A DNA stretch of 63,534 nucleotides, counting the filler. It is 6 parts of 6 records of this genome, joined end to end, with 100 filler letters (N's around TTAATTAATTAA, not from the genome) between each part and the next. Parts side by side here need not be neighbours in the genome. Positions count along the whole stretch, not along the records: positions 40,498 to 50,162 come from SRR2962707_494; positions 50,263 to 58,298 come from SRR2962707_500; 4 more parts are not named here. One strand, 5' to 3'. Both the position numbers and the translations under genes were made by a program. Within the stretch, counting starts at the first letter, position 1. Every line of letters starts with the position of its first letter. Positions 46,221 to 55,680 of this stretch are shown one piece after another. The notes beneath the pieces were generated by a model. It saw nothing but the letters and a program-made list of their open reading frames with translations. It was not told the DNA's origin and did not search any database.

Positions 46221-46937
46221 TTATTGAGCTGGAGCCGGAGCTGGCTCGGTTGTTGCTGCTGGAGTTTCAGCAGGCGCTGTCTCAGTCGCAGACCCTTGAG
46301 GAGCTGTTGCAGCAGGCGCTACGTCTGCAGGTGGGTTCGCGTCTGTTGCTGCAGGAGCAGCCTCAGCAGGTGCTGCTTCAGTCACCAAAGGTTTTGGGTC
46401 TGAAGATTGCTGATTAAGATACGCAATGATGTTCGCACGATCTTGCTCATCTTTAAGCCCTGCAAAGCCCATTGCTGTGCCTTTAACATAATCTTTTGGT
46501 TTTAGAAGGAAGTGGTTCAGTGCTTCAAAGTCCCATGGACCATGCTCTGGGCCAAAGGCTGCCATAGCTGACGAATATTTAAACCCTTCAGTCGAACCGG
46601 GTACGTGGCCGATAACATTCCAAAGATTAGGACCAATTTTATTTGAGCCGCCTTCAACATCATTGTGACAAGAAGCGCATTTTTTAAAAACTGTTGCGCC
46701 AGCTTCAACATCAGCTTTAGCAAGGAACGGTCCAATTGGAGGAAGTTCTGCAGGACCAGAAGCGGCAGCAGGCGCTGCACCTTCGGCAGAAGCTATTTCG
46801 TAACCAAATTTTTCAGGTGTCTCAGAATGAAAGAGGCCTTCACTGATAAGGCTTACCGTCATTACGAGCACTGCAACCGCTAGAAATGCGCCCGCATACA
46901 TTGTTGTTTTCATCGAATCCATATGATCAATCACCAT
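46221..46937 (-). CDS. cycM: Membrane-anchored cytochrome c (CycM/c552-type) with Ala/Pro/Glu/Thr tail
   Basis: N-terminal TM, CASCH heme motif, GPNLW, GTAMGFAG; divergent from kdsB. Confidence 0.85.
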   Translation of the reverse strand: MVIDHMDSMKTTMYAGAFLAVAVLVMTVSLISEGLFHSETPEKFGYEIASAEGAAPAAASGPAELPPIGPFLAKADVEAGATVFKKCASCHNDVEGGSNKIGPNLWNVIGHVPGSTEGFKYSSAMAAFGPEHGPWDFEALNHFLLKPKDYVKGTAMGFAGLKDEQDRANIIAYLNQQSSDPKPLVTEAAPAEAAPAATDANPPADVAPAATAPQGSATETAPAETPAATTEPAPAPAQ

Positions 46938-47056
46938 TATATGTGTATTTACTGCAGTGCAGTGTCATGTTCGCCGCGGAAACTATGACTTTTGTCCTTC
47001 CCATGCAACACCTATAAGGGACTTGCAATAAGACTTTTTGTCACGATGAGATTTAA

Positions 47057-47797
47057 GTGCCGATGAAACCAATAATTATTATACCTGCTCGCATGGCTGC
47101 GACGCGACTTCCCCGCAAACCAATGGCTGATATTGCCGGAAAACCAATGATTGTTCATGTTGCCGACCGCGCGAGGCTTGCCGATTGCGGCACTGTGCTT
47201 GTCGCGACTGACAATAGTGAGATTTTGGCAACGGTGCAGGATTATGGCCATAAAGCCATTATGACACGTGCCGATCACCCGTCAGGCTCAGACCGAATCT
47301 TTGAAGCACTCAAAGAATTTGGTGGCGATTATGACACCATTATCAACGTGCAAGGTGATTTGCCGACGATTGATCCGGCTGATATTCGCGCAGTTTTTGC
47401 GCCGCTTGAAAATCCCGATTGCGATATCGCAACGCTTGGCGTTGAAATTTCCCACGAAGAAGAAAAAACAAATCCAAATGTTGTGAAGATCGTCGGCTCG
47501 CCGATTGCAGACAACTTGCTTCGCGCACTTTATTTTACGCGCGCGACAGCCCCTTATGGCGATGGGCCGCTTTATCACCATATCGGCCTTTATGGGTATA
47601 AGCGCGCCGCCCTAGAACGGTTTGTCACGCTCAAGCCATCTGTTTTGGAAATGCGTGAGCGGCTAGAGCAATTGCGGGCACTTGAAAACGGCATGACAAT
47701 CCATGCTGCGATTATTGACACCGTGCCGTTGGGGGTTGATACACCCGCAGACTTGGACAAAGCGCGCGCGAGTATCGCGAGCCAAATGGGTAAATGA
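47057..47797 (+). CDS. kdsB: CMP-KDO synthetase
   Basis: [50 protein letters not shown]. Confidence 0.95.
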   Translation: MPMKPIIIIPARMAATRLPRKPMADIAGKPMIVHVADRARLADCGTVLVATDNSEILATVQDYGHKAIMTRADHPSGSDRIFEALKEFGGDYDTIINVQGDLPTIDPADIRAVFAPLENPDCDIATLGVEISHEEEKTNPNVVKIVGSPIADNLLRALYFTRATAPYGDGPLYHHIGLYGYKRAALERFVTLKPSVLEMRERLEQLRALENGMTIHAAIIDTVPLGVDTPADLDKARASIASQMGK

Positions 47798-48669
47798 AGA
47801 TGACTGACGCAAAAAATCTAATCGCCTTTCAAGGCGAACCGGGCGCGAACTCTGATACGGCTGCCCGCAAAATGTTTCCTGCCATGACGCCATTGCCATG
47901 CGATACATTTGAAGATGCGTTTAAGGCTGTCGATAGCGGTGCTGCCGCGCTGGCGATGATTCCCATTGAAAACACGCTTGCTGGGCGCGTTGCCGATATT
48001 CATCATCTGCTGCCAGAATCAGGTCTGCACATTATTGGTGAGTATTTTCTGCCAATCGAGTTTCATCTGATGGTGATACCGGGCACGAAGATGGAGCAGA
48101 TTAAATCTGTCCATACTCACATTCATGGACTTGGCCAGTGCCGTAAAGTCATTCGCGAGCATGGCTGGAAAGCTGTTGTTGCGGGCGATACAGCAGGCGC
48201 AGCACGCATGATTGCTGAACGCGGCGATCCGACCATGGCTGCCTTGTCACCGCTCCTTGCCGCCGAACTTTATGGTTTGGAAATTCTGCAGAAAAATGTG
48301 GAAGACACATCGTCGAATGTCACACGCTTCGTCGTCCTTTCAAAAACACCAAAGGAATATCCGCGCAAAGATCCAGAAGAATTGGTGATGACAACTTTTG
48401 TTTTCCGCGTTCGCAACATCCCTGCCGCACTTTATAAAGCGATGGGCGGATTTGCGACCAATGGCGTTAACATGACCAAATTGGAAAGCTATCAGCTTGG
48501 CGGTCAGTTCACAGCAACACAGTTTTATGCGGACATTGAAGGCCATCCAGACGATGCCAATGTGAAATTGGCCTTTGAGGAGATCGGCTTTTTCACCGAT
48601 GCATTCCGTATTCTCGGAGTTTATCCAGCGGATCAATTCCGCATAGACCAGAACGCGCTTAGCGCTTAA
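47794..48669 (+). CDS. pheA: Prephenate dehydratase
   Basis: [26 protein letters not shown] domain NMTKLESY. Confidence 0.93.
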   Translation: MKMTDAKNLIAFQGEPGANSDTAARKMFPAMTPLPCDTFEDAFKAVDSGAAALAMIPIENTLAGRVADIHHLLPESGLHIIGEYFLPIEFHLMVIPGTKMEQIKSVHTHIHGLGQCRKVIREHGWKAVVAGDTAGAARMIAERGDPTMAALSPLLAAELYGLEILQKNVEDTSSNVTRFVVLSKTPKEYPRKDPEELVMTTFVFRVRNIPAALYKAMGGFATNGVNMTKLESYQLGGQFTATQFYADIEGHPDDANVKLAFEEIGFFTDAFRILGVYPADQFRIDQNALSA

Positions 48670-49603
48670 GCCAATCTAAGATAATGCGGCTGGCAATCGC
48701 GCCAGCTGGCGGCAGACGAAATTTCTCACTATGTGTGCCATCGGCCATGGCTTGAACCTCAGTGCGGCTAAACCAGCGAGCGTCTTCCAGTTCCTCGTCG
48801 ATCTTTATGTTTTGTGATTTGGCAACGCCAATGCAGCCAATCATCAGCGTGTAAGGAAATGGCCAAGGTTGGCTGGAGTGATAGGCAACACGTTCCACAT
48901 CAATGGATGTTTCTTCCATTGTTTCACGGCGCATTGCAGATTCTATTGTTTCGCCCGGTTCAACAAACCCTGCCAAGCACGAATAAACACCCTCAGAAAA
49001 ATGCGGACTGCGCCCAAGCAAACATTTTTCATTGTCAGGCGTGGTGGTTAGCATAATCACGACAGGATCGGTACGCGGAAAATGATCCATGCCGCAGTTC
49101 GGGCAATGACGCTTATAGCCGCCATCTTCAAGCAGCGAAGCCGTGCCGCAGCGCGAACAAAACTGATGGCTCTTATGCCACGCGATCAATGCGCCGCCTT
49201 GCGCAACCATGCCCAGATGCTCATCGCTGAGTAGACCTTGAATATATACATCGCGAAACTCAACAGCTTTTAGGCCTTCGGGTAGGGCTTCAATATCAAG
49301 ATCGCTTTGTGCTGCGAGCCATGGGTTTTCGTTAATGTCCCAGCCAAGAAGAATAATCGTCTCGCTTGTCGCTTTAAACGCTTCCATGTCACGAGGCAGA
49401 AAAATCGCGGCCGCTTTATCGTCAGTATCACGGACAATAAGTTTGCCTGAGGAAATGAAGAACAGTTGCGCTTTCGGGTGCGCCAATGCATCAGCAACAC
49501 AAGTTTTACTGCGCGTTTCCGAGCGGCGATTGAGTTTATTACCGGAAAATGCGTTAAGCGCCGAGCGCTCAGGATAGGGCGTTTCAAAAACAGGCACAGG
49601 CAT
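48659..49603 (-). CDS. nudC: NADH pyrophosphatase (Nudix)
   Basis: FCSRCG..CPNCG zinc ribbon, FPRTDPVVI, AGFVEPGETIE..RETMEET, SQPWPFP. Confidence 0.93.
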   Translation of the reverse strand: MPVPVFETPYPERSALNAFSGNKLNRRSETRSKTCVADALAHPKAQLFFISSGKLIVRDTDDKAAAIFLPRDMEAFKATSETIILLGWDINENPWLAAQSDLDIEALPEGLKAVEFRDVYIQGLLSDEHLGMVAQGGALIAWHKSHQFCSRCGTASLLEDGGYKRHCPNCGMDHFPRTDPVVIMLTTTPDNEKCLLGRSPHFSEGVYSCLAGFVEPGETIESAMRRETMEETSIDVERVAYHSSQPWPFPYTLMIGCIGVAKSQNIKIDEELEDARWFSRTEVQAMADGTHSEKFRLPPAGAIASRIILDWLKR

Positions 49604-49626
49604 AAGATTAGATCGCTCTTTGTTGT

Positions 49627-50046
49627 TTATTCTGCTTTGCGTAGCGCGTCGAGAAAACGGGCGATAAAGGCTTCCGCCTCAGCTGGTTCATAGGGAACAG
49701 CCTTGCCAAATCCCCAAACAGGGCCGGGCCAAGCAGGGTCAGTGTCATCGCGCGCGATGACATGTATATGGAGTTGGCGCACAATATTACCAAGTGAACC
49801 GACATTTATTTTTTTGCAGCCGGTTATTGATTTGAGCGTGCGGGAGACCCGCATCATCTCGTTAAGCAGCATGGATTGATCAAGCGCCGTAAGCTCATGC
49901 AATTCTTCGGTTGGCGTTCTGCGGTGGGGAATGAGCATAAGCCAAGCATAGCGTCGATCATTCATCAACCTCAGTTCACTGAGGTTAAATGAGGTAACCG
50001 GTAGCGTGTCCGCTGCGATTTGAGGATCAAGCACAAAATCTGTCAT
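49627..50046 (-). CDS. HIT-family protein
   Basis: FVLDP..D, LGNIVRQLHIHVIAR..DPAWPGPVW. Confidence 0.88.
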   Translation of the reverse strand: MTDFVLDPQIAADTLPVTSFNLSELRLMNDRRYAWLMLIPHRRTPTEELHELTALDQSMLLNEMMRVSRTLKSITGCKKINVGSLGNIVRQLHIHVIARDDTDPAWPGPVWGFGKAVPYEPAEAEAFIARFLDALRKAE

Positions 50047-50133
50047 GGCTTAAAATAGCATATTCGTTTGAACTTGCTAATCTCATTTTCATTACCTCTT
50101 GCAATTTGCACCACAAAACGCGATATGAGCAGC

Positions 50134-50162
50134 GGGAGGTTGGTGGTGGACGAGCCACTCGC
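50134..50162 (+). ncRNA. ffs: Signal recognition particle 4.5S RNA, 5' part (truncated by contig end)
   Basis: GGGAGGTTGGTGGTGGACGAGCCACTCGC matches the alphaproteobacterial SRP RNA 5' end as I recall it; divergent from HIT-nudC. Confidence 0.8.
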
Positions 50163-50262
50163 NNNNNNNNNNNNNNNNNNNNNNNNNNNNNNNNNNNNNN
50201 NNNNNNTTAATTAATTAANNNNNNNNNNNNNNNNNNNNNNNNNNNNNNNNNNNNNNNNNNNN
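50163..50262. other. Artificial contig-joining spacer
   Basis: N run with TTAATTAATTAA. Confidence 0.98.
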
Positions 50263-50263
50263 C

Positions 50264-50662
50264 ATCGGCCATTTCGACAATGAAATTCAGGTGGCCAGCC
50301 TTAAGAACCACAAGTGGACGAACATCAAGGAACAGGTCGACATGATCGAGATGCCCAACGGGCACCGTCTGATCCTGCTGTCCGAAGGCCGACTGTTGAA
50401 CCTTGGCAACGCCACGGGCCACCCGTCGTTCGTGATGTCGGCCTCGTTCACCAACCAGGTCCTGGCCCAGATCGAACTTTGGACCCGGGGCGAGGTATAT
50501 GACAACGCCGTCCACATCTTGCCCAAGCATCTGGATGAAAAAGTCGCGCGTCTGCACCTGGATCGCATCGGCGTAAAGTTGTCCAAGCTGAATGCGGAGC
50601 AGGCGGCCTATATTGGCGTGTCCCCCGATGGACCGTTCAAGCCGGAACACTACCGCTACTGA
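50264..50662 (+). CDS. ahcY: Adenosylhomocysteinase, C-terminal part (5' truncated)
   Basis: [47 protein letters not shown]. Confidence 0.96.
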   Translation: MGHFDNEIQVASLKNHKWTNIKEQVDMIEMPNGHRLILLSEGRLLNLGNATGHPSFVMSASFTNQVLAQIELWTRGEVYDNAVHILPKHLDEKVARLHLDRIGVKLSKLNAEQAAYIGVSPDGPFKPEHYRY

Positions 50663-50689
50663 TTGCGGCGAAAATACAGATTGCCACAC

Positions 50690-50718
50690 CGCCGCCCGGA
50701 ACCCCCGGGCGGCGTTTT
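50690..50718 (+). terminator. Intrinsic terminator after ahcY
   Basis: CGCCGCCCGG-aaccc-CCGGGCGGCG-TTTT. Confidence 0.8.
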
Positions 50719-50992
50719 CACAGGGGCAGCGCCCTTTGTTCCGTTGGAATATCGCGTCCGGTCTCTGACCCGGACACTGTGGTTGATGTCCGGTATCATT
50801 CTTGGATGGGGCTGCGTGCCGACCACAAAGTCTGGATGTGACTGTTTGCACGCATCCAGTTTGTTTGCTTGTCGGGCAGTGGCCAAGGGCAAGTTAAAAA
50901 CTGGTTCCCGATTTTAATTTTCAATAGGCGGAAACCCCCGGGCACATTGGGGAATTGTCCTGTCATAGTCACTGCATGACAGGAGATGCAAA

Positions 50993-51607
50993 ATGACACT
51001 GAAAAATATCATGCTTGGTTCGGCCATCGCTGCACTTGTTTCCGGCGGGGCAATGGCCCAAACGACAACGACCCCCGACACGTCTGGCACGACGTCCACG
51101 GAAACGGACTCTATGTCTTCGGACCCTGCTGTACTTAACGAATCCGCCCCGGCGATGGACGGCGAAGGCGCTGTCGAAGCTGAGACAGACACCATCGGCA
51201 GCGACGGTTCCGTCGTCGTACCGGACGCAGAAGATACGATGACTCCCACCGTCGACATTACGTCAGACATGGACGAGTCAGCGATGCCAGGTTCGATCGC
51301 ATCCCTGACGGTGAGCGAGATAGTCGGCAAAACAGTCGTCGGTATCGATGACGAAACCGTTGGCGAAATCGACTATGTGGTCAAGCAGCCCGACGGTCTG
51401 GCCTTTGTGATCGGCATCGGTGGCTTCCTCGGTCTGGGCGAATACACCGTCGCCATCTCTGCGGATCAATTCTCAGTGACCGAAGATGGCGACCTTGCAC
51501 TGAACTCCATGACTAAAAGCGAGCTCAAAGCAATGACCGAGTTCGACGAAGAGGGCGTAGAAGGCCTTGATGGCGATCTGGTAATTGGCGATTTGATGGC
51601 GTCATAA
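50993..51607 (+). CDS. Secreted acidic PRC-barrel domain protein
   Basis: Signal peptide; VSEIVGKTV..ETVGEID..VIGIGGFLGLGEYTVAI PRC signature. Confidence 0.85.
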   Translation: MTLKNIMLGSAIAALVSGGAMAQTTTTPDTSGTTSTETDSMSSDPAVLNESAPAMDGEGAVEAETDTIGSDGSVVVPDAEDTMTPTVDITSDMDESAMPGSIASLTVSEIVGKTVVGIDDETVGEIDYVVKQPDGLAFVIGIGGFLGLGEYTVAISADQFSVTEDGDLALNSMTKSELKAMTEFDEEGVEGLDGDLVIGDLMAS

Positions 51608-51627
51608 GTCAGCCCGAACTATGCCGG

Positions 51628-51656
51628 AAATGGCGCGTCAACCGACGCGCCATTTT
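51628..51656 (+). terminator. Intrinsic terminator
   Basis: AAATGGCGCGTC-aacc-GACGCGCCATTTT. Confidence 0.85.
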
Positions 51657-51784
51657 GCTTTTTGCAATATACCCGCGACCTTTTCGGGGGGCGGAATTTT
51701 CTTTACCAGGTGCAAATTTAAGCGGTAACGTTATTGGAATGCTTGCAGAGACGCGGGATTTGATCAGAAAAGGAATACGATGAC

Positions 51785-52126
51785 ATGGGAAAACGCGACG
51801 ATTTGATTGCGAAATATGCCGACGATCTACGCAATAAGTGCGGCATTGATCCAGACATGGCTTTGCTGACCAAGGTAACAATAGGCTGCGGCCCCGCGAT
51901 TTATAACGACGATGCGTCGACCTTGGCAGGATCGCAACCCTCAGAGCTTGAGACTGTGAAAGCCAATTTTCTGGTCAGGAAACTGGGCCTGCCCGATAGT
52001 GAAGATCTGATGGTCGCGATCCATTCTGTAATTGAGACATACGGTAAGTCCGATCGGAACAAATACCGCGTGGTTGTCTACTACATGCTGACGAAACACT
52101 TTGGCAAAGAAGCTGTTTACAGCTGA
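51785..52126 (+). CDS. DUF2853 family protein
   Basis: MGKRDDLIAKY..LLTKVTIGCGPAIY..ELETVK.NFL.KLGL..NKYR.VVYYML. Confidence 0.8.
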   Translation: MGKRDDLIAKYADDLRNKCGIDPDMALLTKVTIGCGPAIYNDDASTLAGSQPSELETVKANFLVRKLGLPDSEDLMVAIHSVIETYGKSDRNKYRVVVYYMLTKHFGKEAVYS

Positions 52127-52294
52127 TCCCCGTTCAAAATCAAAGATACTGACAGAACCGGCCCGATGTACCTGTCTTTGATAAAATGTTTTGTCCTTGC
52201 CTGGCTTGTGGGTTCCGGCATTGATATTTGCCAACAGCGCAAGGCCCACTGCCACGATGACCGGGTGATGCAAAGGATTGTAATCACTTGAGGT

Positions 52295-52440
52295 TTGCCA
52301 GACTGCGGTTTTGCGGGTAGCTTATTTTTATCGGGCTAGGATGGCCGGAACCTTTATCAGAACACGACCGGTGCTGTGGGAGCGCCAGGGGTGATGAGGG
52401 GTTTCGGCAGTGCCGCGACCCCTCAAATCAATTTCCCACA
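52295..52440 (+). other. Candidate small RNA / 17-aa small-ORF transcription unit
   Basis: TTGCCA-N17-TAGCTT, ORF 52341-52394 (MAGTFIRTRPVLWERQG) with double TGA, hairpin 52395-52425. Confidence 0.45.
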
Positions 52441-52469
52441 TGCTCCTGAACCGAAATACTCAGTTCTGA

Positions 52470-52889
52470 CTAGGGATCGGTACCACCGATTTCGCAGATG
52501 ACAGTCCATTCTTCTTTCGTCACCGACTGAACGGACAGGCGCGAATTCTTGACCAACACCATGTCGGGCAAGCGGGGATCGTCCTTGCACATCTGCAAGG
52601 TCACTGGTTTGGCAAAGGGACGTACGGCACGTATGTCCACGCATTCCCAACGATCATCGTCGGTCGAACTATCGGGATGGGCTTTGGCGCAGACCTCAAC
52701 AATACCGACGACGGCCTTGTCGCTTTGCGAATGGTAAAAGAAACCCAGATCGCCAATCGCCATCTCGCGCATGAAATTGCGGGCTTGATAGTTTCGCACG
52801 CCATCCCATTCCTCACCCGCCGCGCCCTTGGCCACGGTGTCATCCCATGACCAAGTGTCCGGTTCCGATTTGAACAGCCAATACTTCAC
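52470..52889 (-). CDS. EVE domain protein
   Basis: YWLFKSEP, WDGVRNYQARN, FFYHS, SRLSVQ.V. Confidence 0.93.
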   Translation of the reverse strand: MKYWLFKSEPDTWSWDDTVAKGAAGEEWDGVRNYQARNFMREMAIGDLGFFYHSQSDKAVVGIVEVCAKAHPDSSTDDDRWECVDIRAVRPFAKPVTLQMCKDDPRLPDMVLVKNSRLSVQSVTKEEWTVICEIGGTDP

Positions 52890-53161
52890 CCGCCGATAAC
52901 CCTGTTCCAGACGATCAACTCCACGCTTTCAAACAAGCCCGCGTGGCCGTAGGGGTCGCCTTTGACCCATTCCTCGGCCGCGGCCATGTCGGTCACGTCG
53001 AGGATGATCAGCGATCCCGCCATCTCTCCGGCCTTGTCTAAAAGCGGACCGGCCTGTTGTACGGCCTCTGATGATTTGAGGTAGGCCACATGGGCCGGGC
53101 GATTTTCCTGACGGATAGCCAGGGCAGCGGGTTTGTCCCGGGCGATCAGAGCGATGAGCAT
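52886..53161 (-). CDS. YciI family protein
   Basis: R..RPAHVAYL, AGPLL, GSLIILD, DPY..AGLF. Confidence 0.92.
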   Translation of the reverse strand: MLIALIARDKPAALAIRQENRPAHVAYLKSSEAVQQAGPLLDKAGEMAGSLIILDVTDMAAAEEWVKGDPYGHAGLFESVELIVWNRVIGG

Positions 53162-53163
53162 GG

Positions 53164-53376
53164 TTATTCCTCCTTGAGTGGTCGAAAAGGCAGACTATGC
53201 ATCGTATCCGTGACGCCGATGCGATGTTCAATGATTGCAGTAGTTGTGGAGCCGTTTGGCAAGTGGATTTTGCTGTCCTGGGTCGGCGCGGTGACGGACG
53301 GATCAAACGGTTCAACGCACGTCATGCTCCGCAGCGGATGGCGGTGTGTAATCCCCGGAATGCTGTGTTCGGTCAT
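53164..53376 (-). pseudogene. Degenerate remnant: tsaD-like start fused to the gpsA C-terminal tail
   Basis: 70-codon ORF starts MTEHSIPGIT, contains FDPSVT, ends RPLKEE; lies where tsaD-gpsA normally sit between hemD and yciI. Confidence 0.65.
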
Positions 53377-53466
53377 GGCCGTTTCCATTGCGTCAGGCTG
53401 AGCCTGCAGGTACCACCGTCTCATGCAGCTCACAATCCCGGCCAGTTTTTACGGCGGCCCCCGACC

Positions 53467-54207
53467 ATGATACAGATGCGTCCGATATTGCTTATGACGC
53501 GCCCACGGGATGCGTCCGAACAATTTGTGGTGGCTTTGCGCGCCATGGGCATAGACCGCTTTGATCCGGTGATAAGCCCACTGATTGGTGTGCAATTCTG
53601 CGGCAAAGTCCCGGATATGACCAGATACACCGGTGTTATTTTCACTTCGGCCAACGGTGTGGCCGCCTATCGTGCCCTTGGCGGCGCCTTGGGCAAGCAG
53701 TGTTATGTGGTCGGTGCCGCAACGGCAGCTGCAGCACGCGACGCTGGTTTTGACCCGCTCTCTGCTGATGGTGACGCCGACGCCTTGCTGCAACTAATCC
53801 TCGGGCTGCCTGCCACTGGTCCGCTGCTGCATTTGCGGGGTCGGCACACCAAAGGCAATATCGCCGAAAGGCTGAATTCAAAGGGAATAGAGGCAAAAGA
53901 GGCGGCGATTTACGACCAGCCGCTGCTGAATCTGACCGATAGTGCCCGAGATGCGCTATGCGGCAATGCACCGGTGGTTGTACCATTGTTTTCACCCCGC
54001 ACCGCCACCCGCTTTGCCGCGCTGCAGATTGGCACCGCCCCCCTGATGATTGCAGCGATAAGTCAGGCTGTTTTTCAACAAGTTCTTGATTTACGCGCGA
54101 TAGCGACGATTGTGGCTGCTCAGCCATCGGGCGAAGCGATGCAAAATGCGGTATCGCAATTGCTTGGTTGGGCAAGTACGCTTGAGGGCAGAGTGGACGC
54201 GCAGTAA
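53467..54207 (+). CDS. hemD: Uroporphyrinogen-III synthase
   Basis: LLMTRP, VIFTSANGV, VGAATA..A..AGF, LHLRG, PLFSPRTA. Confidence 0.88.
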   Translation: MIQMRPILLMTRPRDASEQFVVALRAMGIDRFDPVISPLIGVQFCGKVPDMTRYTGVIFTSANGVAAYRALGGALGKQCYVVGAATAAAARDAGFDPLSADGDADALLQLILGLPATGPLLHLRGRHTKGNIAERLNSKGIEAKEAAIYDQPLLNLTDSARDALCGNAPVVVPLFSPRTATRFAALQIGTAPLMIAAISQAVFQQVLDLRAIATIVAAQPSGEAMQNAVSQLLGWASTLEGRVDAQ

Positions 54208-54263
54208 GGTCCTGCAAACAGATGTCATCTTAAGTGCATTAAGATTCGAAAGGGTGGAACCAC

Positions 54264-55670
54264 GTGGCAGACGGAAAAAACTCCAAGGACATCCCGGATC
54301 AGATTGCCGGGCCGGACGAGACCAGAACGGAGACCACCGACGTTTCCCCCGACCAGACCCTAGATACAGGTGACGATCAGTCGGTCGTTCACAATGATCC
54401 GTACAGCGATTTGGACGGATTGGGCGTCGATTCGGGGAATGACGCGGTCAAGCTGTCCGGCAGTGACGAGCCATCCATCGACGACGGGCTGGTTGATGAG
54501 AGCACTATGCAGGATGAACCTGCGGTTACGCCTTGGACTGAGGTCGATGCCGCGGACAATGAAGGTATGGCTCATCCGCCCGAAACTGAGGTCCCGTCGG
54601 AACCCGAAGTCGAGACGACAATACCTTCGCAGGATACTGCCCCTGCCTCGCAGGTGATCAGGGAAACTACGGTTGAACGGAAAGGCGGGTTCCTTCCGAT
54701 GCTGATCGGCGGCGTTCTGGCCGCTGGTGTCGGATATGGCTTTGCGCAGTACGAAAGCAACGATTGGCCATTTGGCCCCGGCGAAGACGATCCGTTCCGT
54801 GCGCAGACCTCTTCCACGCTCAATCAGCAGCGCGGCCAGTTGGACGATCTGACGGCACGTCTGGGCAAGACCGAAACTGCGGTCGGTGCCTTTGATGTGT
54901 CCGATCTGACCGACGCGGTGGCACAGCTAGATTCCAAGGTCAGTGACATTGAGGAGCAGATTTCAGGCGCATCGAACCAGATCGGTCGCCTCGAGGTTCG
55001 CGTTGTCGAACTAGAAAAGCGCCCGATGCAAGCAGCCCTGTCACCCGAAGCGGTCGCTGCATATGAGCGTGAGATGGATGCCTTGCGGAGCGACATAGAT
55101 TCCCAGCGCAAAGAAATACAGAATTTCGCGGCAGAGGCTGTGGCTGCAGAGCAAAGCGCGGATTCCAAGGCCACTCTGGCCGCCGGTCGGGCTGCTCTGG
55201 CCAAGCTGACGTCAGCGCTGGACAGCGGCGAACCCTTTGACGATCAGATCGGCATTCTTCAAGGCAGCAGTTCCGTCGCGGTGCCTGCGGCCTTGGGCAG
55301 TGTTGCGGCTGATGGTGTACCAACACTCTCTGAACTTGTGGCTGACTATCCATATGCGGCCCGCGCGGCCCTTGCCTCCGCCCGTGCCGAAGAGGCACCT
55401 GCTGGGGGCGCCAACCACGTGTTCAATTTCTTTCGCAATCAGGTCGGAGCCCGTTCCGTCGCGCCGCGCGATGGCGTTGATGCGGACGCTATCCTGTCGC
55501 GCGCCGAAGCCGCTTTGAAATCGGGGGATGTCTCTGCATCGCTGGCCGAAATCAAAACCCTGAGCCCTGCGGCGCAGGGTGCGATGGGCGACTGGATACC
55601 ACGCGCCGAGGCGCGCGTGGCGGCACAAGGCGCGGCGGCGACGCTCGCGCAAGAATTGAACCAGGAATAA
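54264..55670 (+). CDS. COG4223 mitofilin-domain inner membrane protein (alphaproteobacterial Mic60)
   Basis: Acidic N-terminus, single TM GGFLPMLIGGVLAAGVG, coiled coil, GVPTL..ARSVAPR.G..DAILSRAEAAL; between hemD and hemY. Confidence 0.85.
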   Translation: MADGKNSKDIPDQIAGPDETRTETTDVSPDQTLDTGDDQSVVHNDPYSDLDGLGVDSGNDAVKLSGSDEPSIDDGLVDESTMQDEPAVTPWTEVDAADNEGMAHPPETEVPSEPEVETTIPSQDTAPASQVIRETTVERKGGFLPMLIGGVLAAGVGYGFAQYESNDWPFGPGEDDPFRAQTSSTLNQQRGQLDDLTARLGKTETAVGAFDVSDLTDAVAQLDSKVSDIEEQISGASNQIGRLEVRVVELEKRPMQAALSPEAVAAYEREMDALRSDIDSQRKEIQNFAAEAVAAEQSADSKATLAAGRAALAKLTSALDSGEPFDDQIGILQGSSSVAVPAALGSVAADGVPTLSELVADYPYAARAALASARAEEAPAGGANHVFNFFRNQVGARSVAPRDGVDADAILSRAEAALKSGDVSASLAEIKTLSPAAQGAMGDWIPRAEARVAAQGAAATLAQELNQE

Positions 55671-55680
55671 GGGTCGGACA

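Noticed and set aside
48659..48669. 11-bp overlap of the pheA and nudC 3' ends
   Set aside because: Ordinary convergent overlap
52470..52889. EVE domain as part of a modification-dependent restriction system
   Set aside because: Stand-alone EVE in its usual yciI context with no nuclease fusion or neighbour
53197..53466. N-terminal extension of hemD in the ORF track
   Set aside because: Overlaps the antisense tsaD/gpsA remnant; HemD similarity begins near ATG 53467
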